DNA of 35,268 nucleotides from a virus: UHGV virus genome UHGV-0140091; one strand, 5' to 3'. Shown piece by piece: positions 16,389 to 24,296 of this stretch (position 1 is its first letter; each line of letters starts with the position of its first letter). The notes under the pieces were generated by a model. It saw only the letters and a program-made list of their open reading frames with translations, ran no database searches and was not told where the DNA came from. The position numbers and the translations under genes were made by a program.

Positions 16389-16721
16389 TCAACAGTTTTG
16401 TTTTCGTTTGCTCAATTCTTGAACAATTACAGCGTGATAATCTTTTAAGTCACTAATATTTAAAGCATTTATCAGAGAATTATAATCATCGACTAATTGA
16501 AAATTATCTTTGAAAATGTCACTGATTTGATAAGTTCTCGCCCTGAATCTAAAGCTCATTTCTAGCCGTTTTAATTGTTCATCACTTAAACGCTCTAGAA
16601 AGCTCATTACAAGGTTATTATTAACCTGTTGTGTGATTGCCTTACTTGCCAGATTATAGGCTTTATATGCCTTATATAGCGCGAAAATGGCAATGATTGC
16701 AGTGATACCAGTCATTAACAT
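16389..16721 (-). CDS. hypothetical membrane-anchored protein
   Basis: 110 aa with N-terminal hydrophobic helix MLMTGITAIIAIFALY; start overlaps the stop of the upstream gene. Confidence 0.55.
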   Translation of the reverse strand: MLMTGITAIIAIFALYKAYKAYNLASKAITQQVNNNLVMSFLERLSDEQLKRLEMSFRFRARTYQISDIFKDNFQLVDDYNSLINALNISDLKDYHAVIVQELSKRKQNC

Positions 16722-17011
16722 GGTGTTTCCTCTTTACGTGATACTTTGCCATTTACAGTTATCTCATAGGATTCTAATAAATCGCTTTTAGACTTTACAG
16801 GACTTTTAAAAGTATCATCATAAATATTGACTTGCAATACAGGTTTTTTATACTCCCTGCAACTGTTCCATAAGCAAATCACTACACGACGGCCTTTGAT
16901 TTTTCCGTGTAACCATTCCATAACATCATGACTATTCCTTGATGTTTCAATGAAATCAATTTTATTAAGTAACTTGCTTAAATTTTCACGGACTTTATTT
17001 GATAATTTCAT
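16715..17011 (-). CDS. hypothetical protein
   Basis: 98-aa ORF preceded by the conserved repeat. Confidence 0.55.
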   Translation of the reverse strand: MKLSNKVRENLSKLLNKIDFIETSRNSHDVMEWLHGKIKGRRVVICLWNSCREYKKPVLQVNIYDDTFKSPVKSKSDLLESYEITVNGKVSRKEETPC

Positions 17012-17103
17012 TTTAGAATCTCCTAGTTTAAGGGTTGATTTGAATAAAGCTCTTTATCTGGGGCTATCTTATCAGTCTGATAACCCCGTGTAAAGAAATC
17101 TAT
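17012..17103 (-). repeat. conserved intergenic repeat (PeSL-like), variant 2
   Basis: Variant-2 copy with GGGGCTATC...GATAACCCC hairpin. Confidence 0.7.
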
Positions 17104-17616
17104 TTAGTTCTTAAAGATATTCATCACTGAGTCTTTCAACGATTCCAAACGTTCTAATACTTCAGATTCTGCGTCTGCGTTGTTCACCTCTTCTTTTAGT
17201 CTATCCTCTAAATCATCGCCGTCACGATAGCACCAATCGAAAGCATAACCAAGATAAAAACTTTCTAAAACCGTGCTACCGTTTGCATCCACAACTTTCG
17301 CGGCAAGGTTATACTCTGAAGCCTCTAAATCTCTTTCTAGTTCTTTCTGTAAGCTCGTGTAAGCCTCTTTCGATGGATTCTCACGGCCTTGTTTTGCATA
17401 GTCACTTGAAAGCTGTTTAAGGCTGTAATGTAAAGGGATTGCATATTTAAATTCATTACGCTGACAGTTAGGATTTTTAACAGTCACACCGCCTTGATGG
17501 TCATCTGTAAACTCCCAATTATCAAGATTATGGCTTGCTTCAAAGCAATTAACAGCTTCGTAAATAATGGTGAATTTTTCTTTTACAACTTCAAAGGTAG
17601 CGTCTACAGTTTTCAT
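17104..17616 (-). CDS. hypothetical acidic protein
   Basis: 170-aa ORF preceded by the conserved repeat. Confidence 0.6.
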   Translation of the reverse strand: MKTVDATFEVVKEKFTIIYEAVNCFEASHNLDNWEFTDDHQGGVTVKNPNCQRNEFKYAIPLHYSLKQLSSDYAKQGRENPSKEAYTSLQKELERDLEASEYNLAAKVVDANGSTVLESFYLGYAFDWCYRDGDDLEDRLKEEVNNADAESEVLERLESLKDSVMNIFKN

Positions 17617-17703
17617 TTTTGAATCTCCTAGTTTAAGGATTGAGTGGTAAAGCTCTTTATCTGGGGCTTAAGATATCAACTTTTAAGCCCCCTGTAAAGT
17701 ACT
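17617..17703 (-). repeat. conserved intergenic repeat (PeSL-like), variant 2
   Basis: Nearly identical to the copies at 16011-16101 and 17998-18083. Confidence 0.7.
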
Positions 17704-17997
17704 TTATTTGTTAATTTTCAGCTTTGCATAACTTCTCATTGTACGAATGGGGGATGTTAATGCTACGCGTCTAATGTATGCCTTTTTCGTGTATACATTT
17801 GTCTTCCCGATAGTGTTTACACATGTAAAAAGGTTTATCGGTGAATTTTTTAACTTCAACTGTTTATCAACCTTCACGCCCCACCTTACAGCAGATTGTT
17901 TTCCGTTGTCAACCACTTTCCCGCATAACTTTTTAGCCATAACGCGAGCGTCATCACGAGTCTTTGCAGTAATTACAACGTTTTTGATAATAGCCAT
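17704..17997 (-). CDS. hypothetical basic protein
   Basis: Tracked ORF 17704-18012 starts on a TTG; the ATG at 17997 (MAIIKNV...) has a GGAGA ribosome-binding site and the conserved repeat upstream. Confidence 0.55.
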   Translation of the reverse strand: MAIIKNVVITAKTRDDARVMAKKLCGKVVDNGKQSAVRWGVKVDKQLKLKNSPINLFTCVNTIGKTNVYTKKAYIRRVALTSPIRTMRSYAKLKINK

Positions 17998-18083
17998 TTT
18001 TAAGTTCTCCAATTTAGGATTGAGTGGTAAAGCTCTTTATCTGGGGCTTACTTTATCGAACTATAAGCCCCTTGTAAAGTACT
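17998..18083 (-). repeat. conserved intergenic repeat (PeSL-like), variant 2
   Basis: Variant-2 copy. Confidence 0.7.
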
Positions 18084-18467
18084 TTATTTGTTAATTTTGA
18101 AGATAGTTACATAACCATCGCTGCCGATGATTTGTGATGCTCCAGCTTTTTCTACTTGATAGCCCATATTTTCAAGATGGTAAACAGCATCATCATAACC
18201 ATATGCGCCGCCCTGATAACGTCTCTTATCACATCTTACTAATACCTTTCCACGTCCTGCCAGTGCATTTAGTACGGCTTTTTCACTTGAAAGTGTACCA
18301 TCTAACATGGTTGCCGTGTAATGGTTGATTCTATTCCCGTTTACATCATACTTAAAATTGAATGCGTGAACAACGATAATGTTACCTTTAAAATTTTCAT
18401 CAAGTGACTCCTCCAGTGCGTTGCGAAAGTTGTCTTTGTTGATGAATTTAGGTGCACGATATGCCAT
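18084..18467 (-). CDS. hypothetical protein
   Basis: 127-aa ORF preceded by the conserved repeat. Confidence 0.6.
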   Translation of the reverse strand: MAYRAPKFINKDNFRNALEESLDENFKGNIIVVHAFNFKYDVNGNRINHYTATMLDGTLSSEKAVLNALAGRGKVLVRCDKRRYQGGAYGYDDAVYHLENMGYQVEKAGASQIIGSDGYVTIFKINK

Positions 18468-18535
18468 TTTTGAATCTCCAGTTTAGGACTTTATTTAGTG
18501 GGGAAGGTCATTCCCTCCCCGTTGATGCAAATATT
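18468..18535 (-). repeat. conserved intergenic repeat (PeSL-like), variant 1
   Basis: First copy of the array (5'-most on the minus strand), hairpin GGGGAAGGTCATTCCCTCCCC. Confidence 0.7.
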
Positions 18536-18737
18536 AGATAACCACACTCAAAGAGTCAAGAAAAATTTTAAAAATATTTTTGGCAAAACTGTAATGAAAC
18601 GGGCGCACACGACTACCACAAAACAGAACACAAATCAAGAATTATTTTTCAATCCGCTACAAATTTTTCTCTTGACTTTTAGGGAGAGGGGGAGTAAGAG
18701 GGGGAGAGGGGTTGGTCTGGCTCTCTATAAAAACCTA

Positions 18738-18882
18738 CCTGCACAATTCTAAAATGATTTTTCTTGCCCGACCTGAGCGGGGTCTGCACGTTTTGAAAAT
18801 GATTTTTCTATCCGGCGATGAGATTTTTTGGGATATCTGTACAGACCCCTACAGATACCTGCACAAATTGAAAATGAAAAAG
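18738..18882. repeat. three direct repeats in an ORF-free leader region
   Basis: CCTGCACAATTCTAAAATGATTTTTCT (18738-18764), CTGCACGTTTTGAAAATGATTTTTCT (18784-18809), CCTGCACAAATTGAAAATGAAAAAGG (18858-18882), preceded by a purine-rich tract at 18682-18720. Confidence 0.5.
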
Positions 18883-18921
18883 GCCGCCTTACCTTAAATT
18901 TTTCAATGGGTTAGGCGGCCT
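18877..18921 (-). terminator. rho-independent terminator after the macrodomain gene
   Basis: Minus-strand hairpin AGGCCGCCTAA...TAAGGCGGCCT followed by TTTTT. Confidence 0.5.
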
Positions 18922-18955
18922 TCTTAGATGATTTGTAGATACTATGAAGTGCTAA

Positions 18956-19735
18956 TCAGCTTATGAATTTGAACTTTTTAGAATACAGCAAGTAGTGAAC
19001 TTCATCCTGATTTGTTGTGTAGATGTATGCTGCTGGGTAGTTATCAAAGAATACCCCTTCGTATCTACCAAACGGGTCAACTGAGAACATTTCACTGTTA
19101 CACATACCCATCTCACTAACCAGAGGGTAACTAACCTCGACCTTACCTTCAACAAGTTGATAGAGGGTAACATGGTTAGACTTACCGTCACTGAGAACAA
19201 CACCATCATAGAATTGTGGTGCTGAGGTGGCATACTTAGGGGTAACTACAGTTGCCATTGCTTCATCATAGACGTATAGGTACACATCAACGTTGTACAT
19301 AATGCTATTAATGAGGCTTTTCACGGCTTGTGCATCTAACCCACCGATACCTGCCCCAATCATGGGTAAACCAATCTTACGAATGTTGTACATCCAGCAA
19401 AACTTACGGAGTTTTTCTAGTGACTCCACTAAGTATCGGTATGATGCACACTTTCCAACATCCAACTGTGTATATAGGTTAAAAATGTAACCATACTCTG
19501 TTCGAGCATGTGACACCTCACCAATCATCTGGTATCCTATATCGTGAGCATTGTAGCCAAACTTCTTATGGAATTTCCTGTCAGCTTCTTCAGCTTTTGG
19601 GAAAATCTTAGCAATTTTTTGAGCGATTCCAGCACCCATGAGGTTACGACAGTTGCAACCATGAGCAATTAACTCGATATCTGTGTTTTTGAAGGCAGCC
19701 AGTAAGTTACCTTTCACAACTTTTACAATACCCAT
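18956..19735 (-). CDS. macrodomain protein (TARG1/OARD1-like, DarG-like ADP-ribose hydrolase fold) with ~110-aa C-terminal extension
   Basis: 259 aa. N-terminal LIAHGCNCRNLMGAGIAQKIAKIFP and central IGLPMIGAGIGGLD resemble the TARG1-type macrodomain motifs as I recall them (not aligned). Confidence 0.65.
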   Translation of the reverse strand: MGIVKVVKGNLLAAFKNTDIELIAHGCNCRNLMGAGIAQKIAKIFPKAEEADRKFHKKFGYNAHDIGYQMIGEVSHARTEYGYIFNLYTQLDVGKCASYRYLVESLEKLRKFCWMYNIRKIGLPMIGAGIGGLDAQAVKSLINSIMYNVDVYLYVYDEAMATVVTPKYATSAPQFYDGVVLSDGKSNHVTLYQLVEGKVEVSYPLVSEMGMCNSEMFSVDPFGRYEGVFFDNYPAAYIYTTNQDEVHYLLYSKKFKFIS

Positions 19736-19936
19736 TTAACATCTCTCCCAAGACTCTTTATCTTCTGAAGGTTTTACACGCTGTCCTTCGTGGTCTACCC
19801 AGATGCACCCACAACCTTCACAGATTACTGGCATTGCGTAGCCAGCTTTAAAGTCATCCTCAGTGATAAGACCTTTTAAGTCACCTGTATCACGTCCAAA
19901 CATTTCTATAGAACAGTCTTTGCAGAAGTCAGCCAT
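19736..19936 (-). CDS. small cysteine-rich protein (putative zinc ribbon)
   Basis: 66 aa with CKDC...CEGCGC; stop abuts the macrodomain gene start. Confidence 0.55.
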   Translation of the reverse strand: MADFCKDCSIEMFGRDTGDLKGLITEDDFKAGYAMPVICEGCGCIWVDHEGQRVKPSEDKESWERC

Positions 19937-19948
19937 ATAATATACACC

Positions 19949-20176
19949 TTATAGTTCAGTTTCTCGTAATTCTTTGCCTTCATCATAGAAGCATTTATAA
20001 AATGTATCTATAGAAATTCTGGCAAAGGTAAGGTCTTCAAAGTATTCTTCTGGAGTTATACCTGTAAAACTAAAACCATCAAGATTGTAAAACGGTATTA
20101 CTGTGTCATCGCTCATGAAAACACATGCAGATACGACTTCTCCAGTATCTTTGTCAATTATTTCTAGAGCTTTCAT
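19949..20176 (-). CDS. hypothetical small protein
   Basis: 75-aa ORF in the minus-strand operon. Confidence 0.5.
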   Translation of the reverse strand: MKALEIIDKDTGEVVSACVFMSDDTVIPFYNLDGFSFTGITPEEYFEDLTFARISIDTFYKCFYDEGKELRETEL

Positions 20177-20477
20177 AGTTTACCTTCTCAGTTAGCTCAT
20201 ATAAATCAACATGCTCAATACTGTCAATGTTGATATCAATCTTTTTGAAACGTTCTATCACTTCATTGTCAGTCATCCATATCAGACACCAATGATTCTG
20301 GATGGATTCTTCAAGAAGGTCAACACAATCTTTAAAGGTTTTTGTATCACTTCTTGTCCCGACTACTGCGATTGTCCCATACAACCACTTACCATTACCA
20401 TAAGATACTTGTGCTACGCCAACTTCTTTATCTTTCTCGTAGTAAACGGCTACAAAGTCTCTTCCATTAATCTGCAT
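20154..20477 (-). CDS. hypothetical protein
   Basis: 107-aa ORF. Confidence 0.55.
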   Translation of the reverse strand: MQINGRDFVAVYYEKDKEVGVAQVSYGNGKWLYGTIAVVGTRSDTKTFKDCVDLLEESIQNHWCLIWMTDNEVIERFKKIDINIDSIEHVDLYELTEKVNYESSRNN

Positions 20478-20479
20478 AG

Positions 20480-20752
20480 TTACTTCCTCGTTTTGAGAAC
20501 TGCTAAGATTTCTTTAGAGTCTGGTAAGAACCATGTGTAGTGATTCTCTTTGATTTCTGGATGAGTGTCAACCTTTATTTTGCACTCTTTACCAACATGC
20601 TTAAGCTGTGCTGTGATACCTTGCATAAAGATGTGACACATTACATTATCCATAATCGTAGGTAAGAAATCAATCCTCATGTAAGTATCTTTCGGTCTCG
20701 GTAGAAGTAAGTAACCTTCTGTGTAGAAAGTTTCATCATTACTTTGTGTCAT
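20480..20752 (-). CDS. hypothetical protein
   Basis: 90-aa ORF. Confidence 0.55.
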   Translation of the reverse strand: MTQSNDETFYTEGYLLLPRPKDTYMRIDFLPTIMDNVMCHIFMQGITAQLKHVGKECKIKVDTHPEIKENHYTWFLPDSKEILAVLKTRK

Positions 20753-21018
20753 TACTGCTTATTCCCTAATAAAATCATATCAATAAGGTTATTAGCTTTG
20801 ATTGTGCACTGGTAAAATCCATCACGATAGAACTCAAGGGCTGCTGCCACATCACTACCAGTATTACCTTTGATAGTAAATCTTGAATCTTCTTGAGTGT
20901 ACTTATCACTCTCACTTACTTGGGAGTTTTTGAATGTACTGTTCACTTTGTTCGTTGAACACCCTGACATAATTATCAGTAACACAAACATTATAAAACT
21001 CTGGCTTAGTTTTTTCAT
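20752..21018 (-). CDS. outer-membrane spanin candidate (lipoprotein)
   Basis: 88 aa with signal peptide and lipobox (LLIIMSG-C); start lies inside the upstream gene in another frame. Confidence 0.55.
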   Translation of the reverse strand: MKKLSQSFIMFVLLIIMSGCSTNKVNSTFKNSQVSESDKYTQEDSRFTIKGNTGSDVAAALEFYRDGFYQCTIKANNLIDMILLGNKQ

Positions 21019-21259
21019 ACGTTAGTACCTCTTTTGTGTGCTTATTCTTAGTAAGTACATCTTTCAAATCATTTTTGTAATTGGTGCTGAGTGTGGCTAA
21101 ACCTTCCTGATAAGCATCTTTGGCAACACTTATTAGTTTCTCATTATTTAGCTCAGTTTCAGCAACTTGGTAGTCTCTGTAAGAGTATCCTCCCCAGACA
21201 CCTGTCCCAACTAAGAAAACAATTATGAAAGTAGCTTGACAGAACTCTTTAAATGTCAT
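20912..21259 (-). CDS. inner-membrane spanin candidate
   Basis: 115 aa with one N-terminal transmembrane helix (FIIVFLVGTGVWGGY) then a helical, charged domain; overlaps the lipoprotein gene by ~107 nt. Confidence 0.55.
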   Translation of the reverse strand: MTFKEFCQATFIIVFLVGTGVWGGYSYRDYQVAETELNNEKLISVAKDAYQEGLATLSTNYKNDLKDVLTKNKHTKEVLTYEKTKPEFYNVCVTDNYVRVFNEQSEQYIQKLPSK

Positions 21260-21278
21260 TTAACAATCTCCTGAAATG

Positions 21279-21300
21279 AAAAAGGCTCCCGAAGGAGCCT
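21279..21300 (-). terminator. rho-independent terminator
   Basis: Minus-strand GGCTCC-TTCG-GGAGCC hairpin followed by TTTTT. Confidence 0.65.
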
Positions 21301-21311
21301 GTATCTTAACC

Positions 21312-21791
21312 TTAACCGAGGACTTTAGCAAGGATATTCGCAGCCATCGAAGAAGCTTTTGCAGCAGCAACTACGCCAGCTTTGACAGTGCTATCCTTAA
21401 TAGCAGATACCGTTGCAGCATCAGTAAAGAGATAAGTGATTGTTTTGGAACCACTTGTAAAGGAAAGCATAAGAGTAGTTTCCAGATTGAAAGAGCGATA
21501 CGGAGCACCTTCTTTAACGATACCTTCAGCACCTAACTCTGAAGCCTTACCCATATCGTAGATAGTCATCAGGTTTTCTTTGTGTGCAGTCGTTGAACCA
21601 ACACCTTTTACGTGCTTCTTAACGTTCAACAATGCACGATATTCGCGAATGCTACCATCAGCTTTTACATTAACAGCACGGAAAATTTTACCTTCAAAGT
21701 TACCTTGAATCATTTTACGAACTACTTCAGATTTGTTTGCCGTATCGTCCAGTGCTACCGTAATGATATTGTTCATAAGTTCTTCTCTCAA
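21312..21791 (-). CDS. hypothetical protein
   Basis: 159-aa ORF, alanine-rich C-terminus. Confidence 0.6.
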   Translation of the reverse strand: MREELMNNIITVALDDTANKSEVVRKMIQGNFEGKIFRAVNVKADGSIREYRALLNVKKHVKGVGSTTAHKENLMTIYDMGKASELGAEGIVKEGAPYRSFNLETTLMLSFTSGSKTITYLFTDAATVSAIKDSTVKAGVVAAAKASSMAANILAKVLG

Positions 21792-22435
21792 TGTTTAACT
21801 AACATAGTTTTAATGTGTGGAAGGATTCTGTTTACCTTCTGAACATTCTTCTCTGTATCTTCTATAAAGCATACTATATTAAAGTAAGGAAGAATGCAAG
21901 ACTGAATCATCCTCACTTTCAAACTTTCTGCACTTATAGAGTTAGTTCCAAAACCACGCATAAAAAGCAAGTAATCATGCTCTATATTGTGCCTTAAAAA
22001 CATCTCAGTAGGTATTCTCTGAGATTCACCTCTTGCTGTCAAGAGTCCAACTGCTGCATGATTTGCAATTGCATCAATAATGTTGAAAACATATGTTGGC
22101 TTTGCTCTTACAGAATCAAGAAGATTAGTGTACTGTGAGAATGACCCATCAGTCAATTCCGTTGAGCAATCTTCGTGATTAAAATTTGTAAGAACACCAT
22201 CAATATCTGCTAAGATGAGGTTACCTTTTTCTACAAGGTCTTTATTGACTATCACTAAACTATCACGCCTTACACCTATAGTTTGTCCAGTCTCTTTGTC
22301 CACAACGTTCACAATGGGTTCTGATGTGTGGAACTCTTCAAGTGAACATACAACCTCTCTTGCAGTGTCTTCAAAATCTCTGCACTGTTCTGGAGTCCAT
22401 ACACAGGAATCAAGACCTAACTCATGAGGATGCAA
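21788..22435 (-). CDS. HAD-superfamily phosphatase-like protein
   Basis: 215 aa with ILADIDGVLTN (HAD motif I, DxDG); no P-loop seen. Confidence 0.5.
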   Translation of the reverse strand: MHPHELGLDSCVWTPEQCRDFEDTAREVVCSLEEFHTSEPIVNVVDKETGQTIGVRRDSLVIVNKDLVEKGNLILADIDGVLTNFNHEDCSTELTDGSFSQYTNLLDSVRAKPTYVFNIIDAIANHAAVGLLTARGESQRIPTEMFLRHNIEHDYLLFMRGFGTNSISAESLKVRMIQSCILPYFNIVCFIEDTEKNVQKVNRILPHIKTMLVKH

Positions 22436-22470
22436 GTCATAAGCGTGGCACAGGACTTCATCAGACTTTC

Positions 22471-23010
22471 TTAATTTTTTTCATGATTTACCTTAGAAAT
22501 GTTTGTTGCAAATTCACATTGAGCGATAACTTTCATATTGTTATAGACATCTTGAGAGTATTTCTTAGCTTTAGGGATTCTGTACGAATACCCAGCATTA
22601 TATGATGCTAAAACTTTTTGTAAAGTCTTCTTTGACTTTGGGTGACCATGTACCTTCGTCCAAAACTCAAGCTCTTTATGTGTTTCTTTTGCGGCATAGT
22701 CAAAATCTTTTAAGAGTTTCTTTTTAGCAACATTAGGACTAATTTTGTTACGCTTTACAACAGTCTTCAAGTGATTCTGGAAGATACCATAGTCATGGGT
22801 CTTTTTATTTTCTACCTTCAGACCTAACTCTGACTCTTGTAAGGCTATAGCTGCTAGAGTGATACCCCAACCTTTACCCATGTTATTCTCACCATACTGG
22901 TAAGCTTTTAACATGTTCACTTTTTGGCTAATTGATAGCTCTGGGCAGTCAACTGCATAAGATAAGTGTGCTGTAAACATTAAGCACAAACCTAGAATCA
23001 ATTTCTTCAT
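22471..23010 (-). CDS. secreted lytic-transglycosylase-like (SLT-type) protein candidate
   Basis: 179 aa with N-terminal signal peptide and AIALQESELG...YGIFQ, resembling the SLT-domain catalytic ES motif. Confidence 0.4.
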   Translation of the reverse strand: MKKLILGLCLMFTAHLSYAVDCPELSISQKVNMLKAYQYGENNMGKGWGITLAAIALQESELGLKVENKKTHDYGIFQNHLKTVVKRNKISPNVAKKKLLKDFDYAAKETHKELEFWTKVHGHPKSKKTLQKVLASYNAGYSYRIPKAKKYSQDVYNNMKVIAQCEFATNISKVNHEKN

Positions 23011-23071
23011 TGGTTCTCCTGTTTAGTTTATCGTGACAACAATTATACAGCACTCTGCACAAAATACAAAT

Positions 23072-23096
23072 AAAAAAAGGCCGCCGAAGCAGCCTT
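23072..23096 (-). terminator. rho-independent terminator
   Basis: Minus-strand GGCTGC-TTCG-GCGGCC hairpin followed by TTTTTTT. Confidence 0.6.
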
Positions 23097-23111
23097 TTAA
23101 GAAATTACTTA

Positions 23112-24221
23112 TTAGATTTCACGTTTACGTTGAGAGATGAGTTCACCAGCAGTGCCAACGATGACATGCAAAGCTTCAGTCTTACCGTCCCATGCTTCCA
23201 GCACTTTACGTTGATTATCAACGATTGCTGCAACTTCATAACGAGAGGAACGCATCTTCATATCGTTGTAATCAGTTGGAACAGATACAACATCTCGTGG
23301 ATGTACGCGAACCTTCAGGATTGTATCACCTGAGAGGCAACGAACATAATCCCAAGCACCAACATGAAGACCTTGAGAGCAAGTTACGTTACGGTTATTA
23401 TCAACCATCCAACGTGGCATTTCTACAATGTTACCCAAATCATTAGGCACTTTGTAGGTGTGAGAGTCAACCAGCTTGCCTTCACGAGTAGAGACTTTCT
23501 TCCAACCAATGATGTAGCCTTCTTCATCAATTTCAACATCAAGGTGAGATACAAATCCCCAAAGTTGTTCTACAGAATCTTTAGATGGGTTTTCCATCAG
23601 TTTTTCGAAGAACATTACAAGTCGTTCAAAACCTTTATCGCCAGTTTTCATCATGTGAAGAATACGGTCAACCAGAGTAGAACGCATCTCAACAGCACCG
23701 TAGAATAGCTTGTCGCCTTTGATTGTGATAGCACCCTGAGTGAAGTTTTCGATAGACTTACGAATGTTCATCAGTTCAAATGCTTTCTTGAACTCACCTT
23801 TCACAACATGAGCTACAATCTCTTGATAGTTCGGATGAGTAGACTCAACAATTTCAGATTCTGAACCATAAGTCATAATTACAGAATCACCAGTAATCAT
23901 GTACTCAATCTTGTCATCTTTCTGCATAGCTTCGTGCAGTTTATTTACTGGAGCTTTCTGTACAGCGTCTTTAACGACCTTTTCAACTGGTTTGCCAGCT
24001 TTCTTTTTAAAAGTCTTAGCAACTTGCTTCAAAGTCTTCGTAGCTGGTGTAGAAGTCACCTTCTTCTTCCCTTTTAAGGTTGCTTCATGACGCTCTACAG
24101 CACGACCAACTGAACGGGTTGAAGTGTTAAATTTCTGTGCAATAGCTGTTTTGGTCAGCTTACCTTCTTTAACCAGTTTGTAAATTTCTGCGTCAATCTG
24201 TGCTTTAGTTTTAGTAGTCAT
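23112..24221 (-). CDS. rIIB: rIIB-like protein candidate with N-terminal HTH-like segment
   Basis: 369 aa immediately downstream of the rIIA-like GHKL ATPase; assignment rests on position only. Confidence 0.35.
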   Translation of the reverse strand: MTTKTKAQIDAEIYKLVKEGKLTKTAIAQKFNTSTRSVGRAVERHEATLKGKKKVTSTPATKTLKQVAKTFKKKAGKPVEKVVKDAVQKAPVNKLHEAMQKDDKIEYMITGDSVIMTYGSESEIVESTHPNYQEIVAHVVKGEFKKAFELMNIRKSIENFTQGAITIKGDKLFYGAVEMRSTLVDRILHMMKTGDKGFERLVMFFEKLMENPSKDSVEQLWGFVSHLDVEIDEEGYIIGWKKVSTREGKLVDSHTYKVPNDLGNIVEMPRWMVDNNRNVTCSQGLHVGAWDYVRCLSGDTILKVRVHPRDVVSVPTDYNDMKMRSSRYEVAAIVDNQRKVLEAWDGKTEALHVIVGTAGELISQRKREI

Positions 24222-24296
24222 CTTATTACTCTCTCTTGTTAGTTAATCAATTTGTGAGGCTATTCTAAGGGGCTTTGAAGCCCCTTGTCAAACACT

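Noticed and set aside
16172-18328. Plus-strand ORFs 16172-16456, 17747-18094 and 18134-18328
   Set aside because: Antisense to minus-strand genes that carry the conserved upstream cassette, and they read through those repeats.
13236-18535. T4 late promoter (TATAAATA) inside the conserved intergenic repeats
   Set aside because: The closest matches on the coding strand are CTAAATAAA, not the exact octamer; late-promoter identity is not supported.
18498-18897. Plus-strand ORFs 18498-18752 and 18712-18897
   Set aside because: They lie in a repeat-rich leader with no ribosome-binding site and low-complexity translation; treated as non-coding.
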